A stretch of DNA of 61,661 nucleotides, the filler included. It is 7 parts of 7 records of this genome, joined end to end, with 100 filler letters (N's around TTAATTAATTAA, not from the genome) between each part and the next. Parts side by side here need not be neighbours in the genome. Positions count along the whole stretch, not along the records: positions 50,460 to 56,220 come from SRR31156797_22068; positions 56,321 to 61,661 come from SRR31156797_22070; 5 more parts are not named here. One strand, given 5' to 3'. The notes beneath the pieces are model-generated. The model was given only the letters and a program-made list of their open reading frames with translations. It made no database searches and was not told where the DNA came from. The translations under genes were made by a program, and so were the position numbers. This document shows, one piece after another, positions 50,506-59,776 of this stretch; the stretch's first letter is position 1; each line of letters begins with the position of its first letter.

Positions 50506-52809
50506 TCAATTGAATTTTAAATATCTTCTTTCTCTATCACTTACATTCTCATCTTTATCAATGATCTTCATCAATTCCTTGATCGCTTTACTGTCACTCT
50601 TATGTTTGTAGATCGTCCCAAGCAGATAATAAATATCAAATGATGTAATATTCTCATTCAAGGCTTTCTGAAGCATAGCGATGGATTCATCAGATCTGCC
50701 ATTTTCACTTAGATAAAATGCGTAAGTGTATATGTATTTTGGATCATTGTTTTCAAGATCATACGCGATCTTTGCATATTCCAATGCTTTTTGAGGGATA
50801 TTATTCGTATAAAGCACTGCCAAATTGTACGCTGAAACTGCCGTTCTCTCACTATCAAATGATGTAATGAAGGCTACAATAGCATCTTGTTCATATCCCA
50901 GTTCAGCATAAAGCAATCCCAAATTCAAATTTGCTTCCGGGTGATCCGGTTCATGAATAACTGCATTTTGGAAATAAAATAAAGCTGAATCCACCATACC
51001 ATAACGATAATACAACATACCGAGATTTAGTGATGCCTCAGTTAACTCGGGTCGCAACATCAGTGCAGTCCGATAATTTTTGATGGCTTCCTCAAATTCA
51101 TTTCTGCTTTCATGGAAATGTCCCAGATTATAATGGGATGTTTCCTGATCAGGATAAGTGTTAAGACTATTCTTGTATTCATCAATGGCTTTTATGACCT
51201 GTTTGCGATATATCTCCGGAATATCGTTTTTCGGTAGGTCAAGAAGTTCTGCTGCTGCACGTACACGAACCAACCTGACAGGGTCTTGACAGGCATTGAA
51301 CAATGCTTTTTGTGCAATATCTTCATCATAATTACCCAATGTACCGGCAGCCGATGCGCGGACAAGTGCTGATTCATGCCCCATGAAGTAATAACATAAT
51401 GTCACTATACGGCCATCATGAACATTTTGCAGACTACGGATCAAAGCTGAAAGCGTGATCTCATCAATGGGACGGATAAGATCAGGTAAAATTTCGTCCA
51501 AGTTTTCGTCATTGCCTTTTCTTAACTGATCCAGGTAATCAGCCCAACGCATGACCTCATCTTGCCATTTGCCTGAAAAATGCTCTCTAATGAACGATTC
51601 CGACCATTCCGGACTCTCAGTCGTGTGACAGTCGTTGCAGGCGTTAGGGGATCCGTATGCGAGTGTGGTGGCAGGTATGGGGGGGCGCATGGAGTGGTCT
51701 GAGCGTTCCATGCGGGCAAATGTGGTTTTTGGCATGTGACAATTAATGCAAACATTGCCTGATGACGTGGGTTGATGCTTTGTATGCTCACTTGCATTCG
51801 CCACTCTTTCGGCATGACAAGGCAAACATGAGGTATTTGGATCATCTTTTTGTCTGAATCGTCCGCTTGAAGTATGGCAGTGTAAACAATCCATATCGCT
51901 GTTTTGCACACAGGGTGACATTAACCAGCTTGTATATGAATAATTTTCACCCAGATCCCTGCCATCGGGATAAAAATCGGGATGCTCCGGACCCACAAGG
52001 TCAAAGTGCTGGAAAAAATCTTCTCCCATCACATATTCTGATGTCAGGGGAATGGATTTTGCATGGCAGTAAGCACAGGTCGCATTAACTATATCTGCAG
52101 AGTATCCCCTTGACTGAGTAAATGTTCTCAAGTACATGGAATCCGGTGTCGTTCCATTTTTTGCGGCTTCCTTGAAAACCCGGTTATGTTTCTCTGCCGG
52201 ACCATGACAGGTTTCGCAGTTTATTCCGGGTTCCAGCCATGTTGTTTCGTAAGTATCATGCTGAACGTCGTAGTTGGTACTCAATTGACTCACATGGCAA
52301 GAGAAACAGGCAGTATTAAAAGTATAACGGCGATCGGTCCAGGGCAGAGCCTCATCAAGAATATCCTGATGAACTCGCACATTTGATGAGGTGATATCAA
52401 ACCATTCTTTTCGTTTAACATCGTAACCTAAAGGCAAGGTTTGAAGTTTGCCTTTTTCCATCGGAGTCAAAAAATAATAAATGTATTTACCGCCTAAAAC
52501 GTGACGAATGGGATATTCATGCTTGGATGAACGTTCAACCAAAACACCCTTGCCGCGTTTTAATTTATATTGGTATGCATCTTGTGCTACCGAAATGAAT
52601 TCATCGCAATCGCTAAGGTTCTTTTCAGCGAATTCTGCCGAGAAGTCCATCATCGCCCTGCCATGAAAGGATGATTCCCAAAGTTCATAGAAGCGTTCAT
52701 GACATTCACGGCAAGAACGCGAACCCATGTAGGAAATGTCTTCCTTTTTTGAACAGGAAGAAAAGATCGTGAGAACAATGATACTTAAAAGTAAAACGTT
52801 TTTATTCAT
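50506..52809 (-). CDS. Octaheme c-type cytochrome lipoprotein with HEAT and TPR repeats
   Basis: Lipobox FSSC; eight CxxCH motifs (CRECH, CFSCH, CETCH, CAYCH, CLHCH, CLPCH, CINCH, CNDCH); VRASAA/VRVRAA HEAT-like and YNLG/NLG TPR-like repeats. Confidence 0.9.
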   Translation of the reverse strand: MNKNVLLLSIIVLTIFSSCSKKEDISYMGSRSCRECHERFYELWESSFHGRAMMDFSAEFAEKNLSDCDEFISVAQDAYQYKLKRGKGVLVERSSKHEYPIRHVLGGKYIYYFLTPMEKGKLQTLPLGYDVKRKEWFDITSSNVRVHQDILDEALPWTDRRYTFNTACFSCHVSQLSTNYDVQHDTYETTWLEPGINCETCHGPAEKHNRVFKEAAKNGTTPDSMYLRTFTQSRGYSADIVNATCAYCHAKSIPLTSEYVMGEDFFQHFDLVGPEHPDFYPDGRDLGENYSYTSWLMSPCVQNSDMDCLHCHTSSGRFRQKDDPNTSCLPCHAERVANASEHTKHQPTSSGNVCINCHMPKTTFARMERSDHSMRPPIPATTLAYGSPNACNDCHTTESPEWSESFIREHFSGKWQDEVMRWADYLDQLRKGNDENLDEILPDLIRPIDEITLSALIRSLQNVHDGRIVTLCYYFMGHESALVRASAAGTLGNYDEDIAQKALFNACQDPVRLVRVRAAAELLDLPKNDIPEIYRKQVIKAIDEYKNSLNTYPDQETSHYNLGHFHESRNEFEEAIKNYRTALMLRPELTEASLNLGMLYYRYGMVDSALFYFQNAVIHEPDHPEANLNLGLLYAELGYEQDAIVAFITSFDSERTAVSAYNLAVLYTNNIPQKALEYAKIAYDLENNDPKYIYTYAFYLSENGRSDESIAMLQKALNENITSFDIYYLLGTIYKHKSDSKAIKELMKIIDKDENVSDRERRYLKFN

Positions 52810-52878
52810 ATTGTATTAAAATATGCGTGATAAATGACTTTATCAAGAAAAACGTAAGATATGAATAAGCGAATTATG

Positions 52879-52958
52879 GTAGAGGCGGAGCATTGCTCCG
52901 TCTTTCAAGCAAGAAGTAGGGGAGGTGCCTGTCCACCGAAGCTTTATGCGTAGGTGGA
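52879..52958. repeat. Two REP-like palindromes
   Basis: GTAG-AGGCGGAGCA-T-TGCTCCGTCT and TCCACC-GAA-GC-TTTAT-GC-GTA-GGTGGA. Confidence 0.55.
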
Positions 52959-52974
52959 TTCGATTATTCTTAAA

Positions 52975-53373
52975 TCAAATGGATCCTAAAGAAAGATTCC
53001 CAGTGATCTTCAAAACATTCCCGTCTCTCTCAACTTTTAATTCTTTTCCGGGAAAGGCATGGGGGAGGCGGGAGTTCAACTCTTCAACTACCTCGTCTTC
53101 AATCTTTTCGATCATGTTTTGTGGAACATTCTCAAGTGTTTTAAGATCGATGTCGACAATATAGCCTCTGCCTTTTTTTGAACCTAATCCCAGGGTAAAA
53201 TCACCCCGGATATCAAATAATCCGTCATGCGAACGGTTTAGGGTGCTTCCATGTCGTCTACGTGCGGGATGAAGGTCGTATTTATCGCCATAACGATCTT
53301 CAAGCAAGATATCGATCTCGTCCAGAACTGTTTTAAGTTTCTTTTCCCATTGGATCAGGTTCGGGTGGCGCAT
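52975..53373 (-). CDS. Hypothetical protein
   Basis: 132 aa; ATG overlaps the DUF1015 stop (TAATG coupling). Confidence 0.75.
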   Translation of the reverse strand: MRHPNLIQWEKKLKTVLDEIDILLEDRYGDKYDLHPARRRHGSTLNRSHDGLFDIRGDFTLGLGSKKGRGYIVDIDLKTLENVPQNMIEKIEDEVVEELNSRLPHAFPGKELKVERDGNVLKITGNLSLGSI

Positions 53374-54623
53374 TATTTATCCTCAAGGCTGTGGACAAAG
53401 AGTCCGCTCTGTAGTTTCGGTTCGAACCAGGTTGTCTTGGGCGGCATCAAGGCGTTGGAATCAGCCACATCCATCAATTGCTTGATAGTGATGGGATGTA
53501 GAGCAAATGCAAGTGCCATTTCACCTGCATTCACGCGGCCTTCAAGGGCTTCCATACCGCGGTTGCCACCGACAAAGTCGATGCGTTTGTCTTTACGTAT
53601 ATTTTCAATGCCGAGAATTGGTGTTAGGATCAACTCGGTAAGCAATGCCGAATCAAGACTGGTGACAGGATCGCTTAAATCAACAGAGTTTTCCTTAAGT
53701 ATCAGTTTGTACCACTTATCGAAAAGATACATGCCAAATTCATGTTCATGCTCAGGTTTTGCTTTTTCCGATGAGCTGATGGATTTTATCCTGAAGTGCT
53801 TCTCAAGCTTTTTCAAAAAGGTTTCTCTGCTCATGCCGTTCAGGTCCCTGACTACACGATTATAGTCTATGATCATCAAATCGCCGGCAGGGAAGAAGAC
53901 AGCAAGAAACCAGTTGTACTCTTCATTTCCCGTATGGTTCGGATTAGCGTTCCGGCGTTTTTCACCCACCATGGCGGATGCTTTTGAACGATGATGGCCA
54001 TCAGCTACGTAGACATATTCAATATTAGAGAATTTATCTTTAAGCAGATTAATGGTCTTTGGATCATTTAATAGCCAAAGTGTATGCTGAACACCATCCT
54101 TGGATTTGTAATCGTATTCGGGATTACCTTTTACAATACCGCAAATGATCTCATTTATCTCTTTATTATCGGCATAGGTATAAAAAACGGGACCGGTATG
54201 AGCATTTACTACATCAATATGAGTGATACGATCCTTTTCTTTGTCCTCGCGGGTGAGTTCATGGATCTTGACTTTGCCTTCCAGGTAATCATCAATGTGC
54301 TGAACTGCAATAAGCCCTGTTTGTGTACGGCCTTTCATGATCTGGCGATATACATACATGACGGGTTCGGGATCCTGGATCATCTTGTCTTTTCTCAAAT
54401 CTGCAAGATTATCATGAGCTTTCTGGTAAACGGCAGGATCGTAAATATCCACTTCGGGTGGTAGGTCAACTTCCGATTTGACCACATGAAGAAAAGATAA
54501 GGGTTCGATCTTTACCAACATGCGTGCTTCATTTGAATTGATCACGTCATAGGGCATTGATGCAATGCGTGATGCCAACTCTTTTTTGGGCCTGATACCC
54601 TTGAATCCCTTGATCCTGACCAT
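53373..54623 (-). CDS. DUF1015 family protein
   Basis: PYDVI, HELTR..KE.DR, YVADGHHR, MPPKTTWFEPKL; GGAG RBS before ATG 54623. Confidence 0.92.
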   Translation of the reverse strand: MVRIKGFKGIRPKKELASRIASMPYDVINSNEARMLVKIEPLSFLHVVKSEVDLPPEVDIYDPAVYQKAHDNLADLRKDKMIQDPEPVMYVYRQIMKGRTQTGLIAVQHIDDYLEGKVKIHELTREDKEKDRITHIDVVNAHTGPVFYTYADNKEINEIICGIVKGNPEYDYKSKDGVQHTLWLLNDPKTINLLKDKFSNIEYVYVADGHHRSKASAMVGEKRRNANPNHTGNEEYNWFLAVFFPAGDLMIIDYNRVVRDLNGMSRETFLKKLEKHFRIKSISSSEKAKPEHEHEFGMYLFDKWYKLILKENSVDLSDPVTSLDSALLTELILTPILGIENIRKDKRIDFVGGNRGMEALEGRVNAGEMALAFALHPITIKQLMDVADSNALMPPKTTWFEPKLQSGLFVHSLEDK

Positions 54624-54837
54624 TTGCTTTCTCCGTATCGTTTGTACAAAATGAAAATTAACGGTAAATAGAAATATAAACAACAATAATCATGTGAATA
54701 ACAGTGAATTATGAGGAATATTGACAATTAATAAAAACAAGAAAAACAAACAACGATTATCGGTGAAATTGATGATTTGCAAGGGGAATGTTTGTTTGAT
54801 TTGGGATTTTATTTGAAAATGACAAATTGAATTTATA

Positions 54838-55072
54838 TTACCCTGAGTTTATCGAAGGGTAAATCTATGTTGACTCGTGGTGCAACCCCGAGATAATGAT
54901 GAAAATATTATCCAACCTTGAGTCCCGACGCTTCGGGATCGAAAGGTTGACCAAATTCGATTATTCTCTAGGTCAACCCCTCCATGAAGTCGGGGTTGAT
55001 TTACTATGGTATCAAAAACCCCGGATTTCATCTGGGGTCATCCTCAATAAACCTCTCGATATCCTCGAGGTT
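54838..55072. repeat. Array of six hairpins, four sharing a stem-GA(G/C)..(C/G)GA-stem motif
   Basis: Hairpins at 54838-54862, 54874-54892, 54913-54949, 54973-54999, 55018-55038 and 55050-55072. Confidence 0.7.
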
Positions 55073-55082
55073 AAAATTAAAC

Positions 55083-55107
55083 AAAAAAGCCCCGATTACT
55101 CGGGGCC
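55083..55107 (-). terminator. Intrinsic terminator of the serA-like gene
   Basis: On the minus strand GCCCCGA-GTAA-TCGGGGC-TTTTTT. Confidence 0.85.
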
Positions 55108-55139
55108 GCATTATTCTATTTTCTAGCTTCTGGCTTTCG

Positions 55140-56030
55140 TTAGCCTTTCAGGGCCGCAACGATCTTCTCTGCGATCTCAGTACCAACTCGTTCCTGAGCT
55201 TCGGCAGTTGAAGCACCAACGTGAGGTGTTACAGATACATTGGGGTGAGAGACAAGTTCGATGTTGTTGGTGGGTTCTTCAAGGTAAACGTCGATACCTG
55301 CACCGGCAACTTTACCGCTGTTCAGAGCATCAAGTAGGGCAGCTTCATCGACAACACCCCCGCGTGCGCAGTTGATCAGGTATACACCATCTTTCATTTT
55401 TGCCAATTCGGCAGCACCGATCACTGGTTCGGCCTGTTTGGGAACGTGCAATGAAACAAAGTCGGCTTTTGCAAGAACATCATCCAATGAGACCATGTCA
55501 ATACCGTCAGCATCTTTGACGTAAGGGTCAAAACCAATGACTTTCATGCCCAGAGCATTTGCACGGCCTGCAGTCAATTGACCGATCTTTCCGCAACCTA
55601 CAAGTCCAAGGGTTTTGCCATTAAGCTCAATACCTTTATATTCTTTTTTATTCCATTTGCCGTCACGCATTGTAACATTGGATTTATGAAGAAAACGTGC
55701 AAGTGCGAACATGTGCGCTACAGCCAGTTCCGCAACGGATGCAGAGTTTGCCGCAGGTGTGTTCAAGGTAGGGATACCTTTAGTCTTTGCATACTGATGA
55801 TCGATATTGTCGATACCGGCACCGCCGCGTGCGATACATACGAGTTTTTCGCCTGCGTCGATGACTTCTTTAGGAACCTTAGTTGCTGAACGGACCAGAA
55901 TACATTCAAAATCTTTGATCTTTTCAACCAATTCTTCCGGTGAATAATGCTCATTTACACATTCAATTCCGGCACTCTCAAGGATCTCCTGACCTTTCTT
56001 GCTGAGTCCGTCAGAAATCAATACTTTCAT
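55140..56030 (-). CDS. serA: D-3-phosphoglycerate dehydrogenase, short form without ACT domain (D-2-hydroxyacid dehydrogenase family)
   Basis: VRSATKV, RGGAGIDNID, GCGKIG, INCARGG, TPHVGAST.EAQ; next to DUF1015. Confidence 0.82.
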   Translation of the reverse strand: MKVLISDGLSKKGQEILESAGIECVNEHYSPEELVEKIKDFECILVRSATKVPKEVIDAGEKLVCIARGGAGIDNIDHQYAKTKGIPTLNTPAANSASVAELAVAHMFALARFLHKSNVTMRDGKWNKKEYKGIELNGKTLGLVGCGKIGQLTAGRANALGMKVIGFDPYVKDADGIDMVSLDDVLAKADFVSLHVPKQAEPVIGAAELAKMKDGVYLINCARGGVVDEAALLDALNSGKVAGAGIDVYLEEPTNNIELVSHPNVSVTPHVGASTAEAQERVGTEIAEKIVAALKG

Positions 56031-56220
56031 CCTGTTCTCCTTTAAATATTAAGTGTTATGCGACAATATCCAATATATCGTCAAATATTGCCCGAATTTA
56101 TACAAAAATAATCAAAAATCCACTTTTATAATTTAATAAAAAAATGTAATATTTGGTCGATTTATTTTAAAAAATTCCAATAGGAGGGAATGTGAGTCAG
56201 AAAGAGATCCTGTTAATAAC

Positions 56221-56320
56221 NNNNNNNNNNNNNNNNNNNNNNNNNNNNNNNNNNNNNNNNNNNNTTAATTAATTAANNNNNNNNNNNNNNNNNNNNNNNN
56301 NNNNNNNNNNNNNNNNNNNN
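56221..56320. other. Synthetic contig spacer
   Basis: 44 N + TTAATTAATTAA + 44 N. Confidence 0.99.
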
Positions 56321-56491
56321 ATTATCATGAAAAGTAACCCAAACATCACAGTTGTCTTCAATACATGAAGTCATAGCTCCACTATTTGGCACGTGGGCTG
56401 TTATCTCTTCTCCGTTATCAAGAGTAATGTCAGCCAAAAATCTTTTATATCTTTTTATAAGTTTTCCATGTATTAATTCTTCAAATTTCAT
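56321..56491 (-). CDS. sfsA: SfsA nuclease-like protein, N-terminal fragment
   Basis: KRYKRFLAD..AHVPNSGAM; 3'-truncated. Confidence 0.92.
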
Positions 56492-56579
56492 AAAAGGCCT
56501 TTTTGTTTTTTGTATTTTATATAACTTGGCTTATTTTTATATAAAATCTACAATATAGAAAAAGTAGCTATAATTTCCC

Positions 56580-57065
56580 ATGGAAAAAATAAAAAAAGTT
56601 TTTGTAGATGGAAGTGTTAATCCAAAGAGTAAAGTTGGTATTGGTGCTTTTTATCTTTGTAATGAGATAGAAAATTTTGATGAAAATGAAATCAAGATAA
56701 AAAAGTTTGAGGATACATCTTCAACAAAATTAGAACTAGAGTGTTTACTTTGGGCTTTGAAAACTATTGATACTAAAGATAAACTTCTTATTTATACTGA
56801 TTGCCAAAATATCTTTTCTCTTTTAAATAGAGAAGAAAAATTAAAAAAGAATAACTACTTTACTTCAACAAATAAAAAAATCAAAAATCATCTACTATAT
56901 GAAGAGTTTTTTTATCTAAATGAAAAATATGATTTAGAGTTTGTGAAAGTAAAAGGTCATAAAAAAAGCTCATTAAAAGATGAAATAGATTTAATCTTTT
57001 CTAAAGTAGATAAAAAAGCAAGAAAAGAGCTTAGAAATATAACTTTAGATAGAATTTCAAAATGA
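56580..57065 (+). CDS. Ribonuclease HI-family protein
   Basis: FVDGS, LELE, YTDCQ, VKGH and C-terminal VDK.AR give the D-E-D-(H)-D pattern. Confidence 0.88.
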   Translation: MEKIKKVFVDGSVNPKSKVGIGAFYLCNEIENFDENEIKIKKFEDTSSTKLELECLLWALKTIDTKDKLLIYTDCQNIFSLLNREEKLKKNNYFTSTNKKIKNHLLYEEFFYLNEKYDLEFVKVKGHKKSSLKDEIDLIFSKVDKKARKELRNITLDRISK

Positions 57066-57541
57066 AAGAACTAATAACAGAAAAAGGCTACCAAAAGTTT
57101 GTAAGTGAATTTAATAAGCTTTTAAAAGTAGAAAAACCTCATTGGGTAAAAGAGAAAGAAATAGCAGCTCAATTTGGTGATAGAAGTGAAAATGCTGAGT
57201 ATATTTCTGCAAAAGAAATGATTAGGAATATTGATAAAAGACTTAGGTTTTTAGATAGAATTATTAAAAATAGTGATGTAATTGATATAAATAAAATTCC
57301 CCATGAAAAAGTAAACTTTGGCTCTTGTGTAAAGCTTCTAAATTTAGAAACAGAAGAAGAAAAAACTTTTTGTATAGTTGGAACATATGAAACTAATCCA
57401 AATAAAAATCTAATTTCAAATAAATCTCCCCTTGGTAGAGTACTTTTAGCAAAAGAGTTAAATGAAGAGTTTGAGTTTACAATAAATAATGAAACATATG
57501 AATATGAAGTAATAGAGATAAAAAAATATGAATATAAATGA
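57062..57541 (+). CDS. GreA/GreB family elongation factor (GreB-like)
   Basis: IT..G, GDRSENAEY, IDKRLRFL, VNFG, IS..SPLG. Confidence 0.9.
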   Translation: MKELITEKGYQKFVSEFNKLLKVEKPHWVKEKEIAAQFGDRSENAEYISAKEMIRNIDKRLRFLDRIIKNSDVIDINKIPHEKVNFGSCVKLLNLETEEEKTFCIVGTYETNPNKNLISNKSPLGRVLLAKELNEEFEFTINNETYEYEVIEIKKYEYK

Positions 57542-58439
57542 TTTAGAAAATACTCTAAAAGAGAATTTAAAAAATAAAACAAAAGAGTTTAAAAGAGTTT
57601 TTCATGGTAGGGGAAACTTCTATGAAAAATTTTCTTTTTTAACAATTGATAGCATAGATAATATACTATTTACTGTCTTTTTTGAAGAGATAGAAAAAGA
57701 AGTAGAAGAAGAGCTTTTAAAACTTTTAGAGTCAATTTATGAAGAGTATGACTTTGAGTGTTTAATTCTTCAAAGAAGATATTTAAATGGTGGAGAAAAT
57801 GAAGTTTTAAAAGGTATTTTACCAAAAGTGACACAAGCTATTGAACATGGTTTAAAATATCAACTAAACTTTTCAAATAAAAATATTGGGTACTTTGCAG
57901 ATATGAAAAAAGGACGAGAGTTTATCTCTTCAATTTGTGAAGATAAAAATGTCTTAAATCTATTTTCATATACATGTGCTTTTTCTGTAGCTTCTATAAA
58001 TGCAGGAGCAAAGCAAGTAGTAAATGTAGATATGGCTAAAAATGCTTTAAATACTGGGCGTGAGAATCATACAATAAATGCTTTGGATTTAAAAAAGGTC
58101 AAATTTTTACCTTTTAATATTTTAAAATCATGGAGTAAAATAAGAAAATTTGCACCCTATGATATTATAATTATAGACCCACCTTCTTTTCAAAAAGGAA
58201 GTTTTGCGGCAACAAAAGATTATAGAAAAATAATAAGAAAACTTGATGAATTAGCATCTGAAAAATGTGTTGTTTTATCATGTTTAAATGCTCCAGAACT
58301 AGACTCAAACTTTATAAAAGAGTTGTTTAAAGAAGAAGCTTCAAGTTTTAGATTTATAAGAAAAATTGATAATTTGAGTACATTTCCTACAGACAATGAA
58401 GAAAGAAGTTTAAAAAATTTGGTTTTTGAAAAAGCTTAA
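57528..58439 (+). CDS. Class I SAM methyltransferase, RlmI/RlmK-like
   Basis: RVFHGRG, VLNLFSYTC.FSV, IIDPPSFQK. Confidence 0.88.
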   Translation: MNINDLENTLKENLKNKTKEFKRVFHGRGNFYEKFSFLTIDSIDNILFTVFFEEIEKEVEEELLKLLESIYEEYDFECLILQRRYLNGGENEVLKGILPKVTQAIEHGLKYQLNFSNKNIGYFADMKKGREFISSICEDKNVLNLFSYTCAFSVASINAGAKQVVNVDMAKNALNTGRENHTINALDLKKVKFLPFNILKSWSKIRKFAPYDIIIIDPPSFQKGSFAATKDYRKIIRKLDELASEKCVVLSCLNAPELDSNFIKELFKEEASSFRFIRKIDNLSTFPTDNEERSLKNLVFEKA

Positions 58440-58485
58440 TATTTTTTTAGATAAAATCTGCCTACTTTAAGAACAGGGAAATCGC

Positions 58486-59727
58486 ATGGTTGAAAAAAAT
58501 CGTTGGTTAATGGCTTTAGCGGCAGTGGGTGTTCATATTTGTATTGGGTCTGTATATGCTTGGAGTGTATATGTAAACCCAATTCAAACACAAATGAACT
58601 GGACTTTGACAGATGTAACAATAGCATTTAGTATTGCTATTTTCTTCTTAGGATTAAGTGCAGCACTTATGGGAAAATTTGTTGAGAAAAATGGACCTAG
58701 AGTTTCTGCAATTATTTCTGCATCTTTATTTGCTTTAGGAACAGCTGGGTCTGGTTTAGCAATTTTGATGGAATCAAAAGCTCTATTATACTTCTTTTAT
58801 GGAGTATTAGGTGGATGTGGTTTAGGAATAGGGTATATTGCTCCTGTTTCAACTTTAGTAAAATGGTTCCCTGATAAAAGAGGAATGGCAACTGGACTTG
58901 CAATTATGGGATTTGGTTTTGCTTCAGCAGTTTGGGGACCAACAATTGAAATCTTAATTGAGAAAGTTGGAATTGCTTCAACATTCTTTATTTTAGGTGC
59001 TACATATTTTGTTGTTATGTTTTCATCTGCATTATATTTAGAGAAACCAGAAGAAGACTATTTACCTAAGAAGTTTAAAAAGAAACTAAAAGAGGGTAAA
59101 AAGAAATTAAAAAAAGACTTACAAACTTTAGGTTTAAATGAAGCTGTTAAAACACCTAGGTTTTATGGTCTTTGGGTAATGCTATTTATCAATGTTACTT
59201 GTGGTATTGCAATTATTGGTGTTGCTTCCCCACTTTTACAAGAAGTTATAGGAATCTCGGCAATAGCTGCTGCTGCAGCAGTTGGTTTAATGGGTATTTT
59301 TAATGGTGCAGGAAGAATATTCTGGGCTTCATTAAGTGATTATTTAACAAGACCAGTTGTTTATATTATCTTCTTTTTAACTCAAGCAATTGCTTTTTAT
59401 GTATTACCATCAATTACTGAGATTATGATTTTCCAAGTTGTTTTATACTTTATCATGACTTGTTATGGTGGTGGTTTTGCCTCTATTCCAGCATATATTG
59501 GTGATATTTTTGGAACAAAAGAGCTTGGAGCTATTCATGGGTATATTTTAACTGCATGGGCAGCAGCAGGTTTAGTTGGACCACTTATTATCTCTATTGT
59601 AAAAGATATGACAGGAAGTTATTCTCAAACACTATATGTATTTGCAGGGTTCTTTGTAATTGCTTTATTTGTATCAATTGCAATGTTAATAAATATAAAA
59701 TCAATTCAAAAAAAACAAAAACAATAA
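58486..59727 (+). CDS. OFA (oxalate/formate antiporter, monocarboxylate) family MFS transporter
   Basis: IGSVYAWS, KWFPDKRG.ATG, NG.GR..W...SD, YGGGF, FG...GAIHG; about 12 TM helices. Confidence 0.9.
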   Translation: MVEKNRWLMALAAVGVHICIGSVYAWSVYVNPIQTQMNWTLTDVTIAFSIAIFFLGLSAALMGKFVEKNGPRVSAIISASLFALGTAGSGLAILMESKALLYFFYGVLGGCGLGIGYIAPVSTLVKWFPDKRGMATGLAIMGFGFASAVWGPTIEILIEKVGIASTFFILGATYFVVMFSSALYLEKPEEDYLPKKFKKKLKEGKKKLKKDLQTLGLNEAVKTPRFYGLWVMLFINVTCGIAIIGVASPLLQEVIGISAIAAAAAVGLMGIFNGAGRIFWASLSDYLTRPVVYIIFFLTQAIAFYVLPSITEIMIFQVVLYFIMTCYGGGFASIPAYIGDIFGTKELGAIHGYILTAWAAAGLVGPLIISIVKDMTGSYSQTLYVFAGFFVIALFVSIAMLINIKSIQKKQKQ

Positions 59728-59776
59728 ACTAAATAGATTAAAAATAGACTCTATGATATAATCAAATATTATATTT

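Noticed and set aside
54838-55072. CRISPR array
   Set aside because: Hairpins differ in sequence, spacing and orientation; no cas genes in the segment.
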